A stretch of 49,103 nucleotides of DNA, taken from positions 377,963 to 427,065 of the forward strand of contig WELA01001161.1 of NCBI GenBank assembly GCA_009602735.1, written 5' to 3'. Source of the DNA: Mesotaenium endlicherianum. Its lineage: Eukaryota. The notes under the pieces are model-generated. The model searched no databases. It had not been told where the DNA came from and saw only the letters and a list, made by a program, of their open reading frames with translations. Positions 47,725 to 49,103 of this stretch are shown here, piece by piece. Each line of letters opens with the position of its first letter. Within the stretch, counting starts at the first letter, position 1. The position numbers and the translations under genes are program-made.

Positions 47725-49103
47725 ACCCCAAGACCCACTTCACGAGAAGACAACAAGCCAAGTGAGGTGGAGACTCCCGTCGAAGACGACGTTCCAGCCG
47801 CAATGAGTTTGAGAGGTTACCTTGGAGGAGAGAAGGTCCACATCTTGGTGGATAGCGGAGCTCAAGGCAACTTCATTGCTGCAGATTTTGCCACCAAGCA
47901 CGGTATTACTATGCGAACTCTTGACCACAACGAGGAGATTATGATGCTCGATGGATTCTCCTATACTACCCCTTCCAAGAAGACGTACCCCTTGGCACTC
48001 TCTATCAAGTCCTTCAAGGATAGAGTAGTGTTCTCCCCCATGCAATTGGGCAAGTACGACGTCATCCTAGGGACGCCTTGGTTGACCAAGCACAACCCCC
48101 AAGTTGATTGGAGGACCGGTACTATCAAGATCAAGAATGACATCACTTCAAGAATCTGTATTTTGCGCGCAATCCAGAATATCCAGACCCAAGACATCCA
48201 GAAGCCGGCACACGAGATACTATTGTCCGCCCTCCAACTCAAGAGACTTGTGAGGAAGGGACACGAGGCTCTTTTGGCCTTGGTCACGTCAAAAGACATC
48301 AAGAAAGACATCGAGAGTCAAGAAGGCAGCCCCGTTCCCAAGGAGATACAAGAAGTCTTCGAGGACTACAAAGAAGTGTTCTCCTCGGAATTGCCCAAGG
48401 GCCTACCCCCCAAAAGATTCGTAGACCACAAGATAGAGTTGGAGCCCGGAAGCAAGCCCATCTCTCGGCCTACGTTCAAAATGTCATACACGGAGCTAGA
48501 CGAAGTCAAGAAGCAAATCAAGGAGCTACTGGAGCATGGCTTCATTCGACCTAGCAAGTCGCCATTTGGAGCCCCGGTGCTATTTGTCAAGAAGAAAGAT
48601 GGTACCTTGAGGATGTGTGTGGACTATCGCGCCCTCAACAAGATCACCATCAAGAATCGATACCCGCTGCCGCGCATGGATGAGCTCATGGATCGGCTAG
48701 TTGGAGCCAAGTACTTCACGAAGATTGACTTAGGGAGCGGCTACCACCAGATTCGCATCGCAGAACCGGACATAGAGAAGACGGCATTCAGGACAAGATA
48801 TGGACATTTTGAGTTCATGGTCCTGCCATTTGGACTCACCAACGCGCCAGCAACTTTCATGACTATGATGAACACCATATTTCAGCCCATGTTGGACAGA
48901 TTTGTGGTGGTATTCATCGATGACATCCTTATCTACAGCAAGACCCTTGAAGAGCATGCGAGACACTTGAAAGAAGTCCTTGAAGTATTGAAGCAAAACA
49001 AGCTATTTGCGGAGGAGTTAAAGTGTGAGTTTGCCAAACAAGAAGTGGAGTTCCTAGGTCTCCACGTGACTGCTGATGGCATCAAGATAGACCCCGAGAA
49101 GAC
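47695..49103 (+). CDS. pol: Retrotransposon Pol: aspartic protease + reverse transcriptase (partial, open to window end)
   Basis: Read by hand; absent from the ORF track, presumably because it has no stop in the window. Motifs [80 protein letters not shown] (FIDD 48913-48924). Confidence 0.97.

Larger units (their letters stand above)
45890..49103 (+). mobile_element. Ty3/gypsy LTR retrotransposon (chromovirus-like), 5' half; runs off window
   Basis: LTR + PBS + gag + protease followed directly by RT (gypsy order). Both ORFs are uninterrupted within the window. Confidence 0.96.

Noticed and set aside
47293..48996. Minus-strand ORFs over gag/pol
   Set aside because: Antisense shadows of the retrotransposon coding sequence.
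1..49103. tRNA/rRNA/snRNA genes
   Set aside because: No cloverleaf, A/B-box pair or rRNA signature was recognised by eye. tRNAscan-SE/Infernal would be needed to exclude them.

Overview
Eukaryotic, intron-rich nuclear scaffold with two N gaps. It is from a green plant lineage; plastid ACP, LSF2, plant-type RNase H1 and a ZIP2-type transporter, together with microsatellite-laden GC-rich introns, suggest a streptophyte alga or early-diverging plant (inference). Gene models were built by hand from phase-matched splice sites. In order: the 3' part of an ABC1/UbiB kinase (+), an IMPACT/Yih1 RWD+UPF0029 gene (+), a ZIP2/ZIP11-type metal transporter (-), plastid acyl carrier protein (+), a frameshifted F-box/LRR gene (-), a possible very divergent histone-H2B-like relic (+), a decayed RNase H1 paralogue immediately followed by an intact RNase H1 (both +), LSF2 (-), an older minus-strand LTR relic, and the 5' half of an apparently intact Ty3/gypsy element with a -1 gag-pol frameshift. 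The most notable signals are absent from, or not recognisable in, the ORF track. (1) The upstream RNase H1 copy keeps a clean 68-aa hybrid-binding domain while its catalytic domain is destroyed. (2) An 89-nt exon puts a metallothionein-like Cys cluster into the ZIP cytosolic loop. (3) The ZIP start codon may be split by an intron. (4) Two exon-like segments align to histone H2B.
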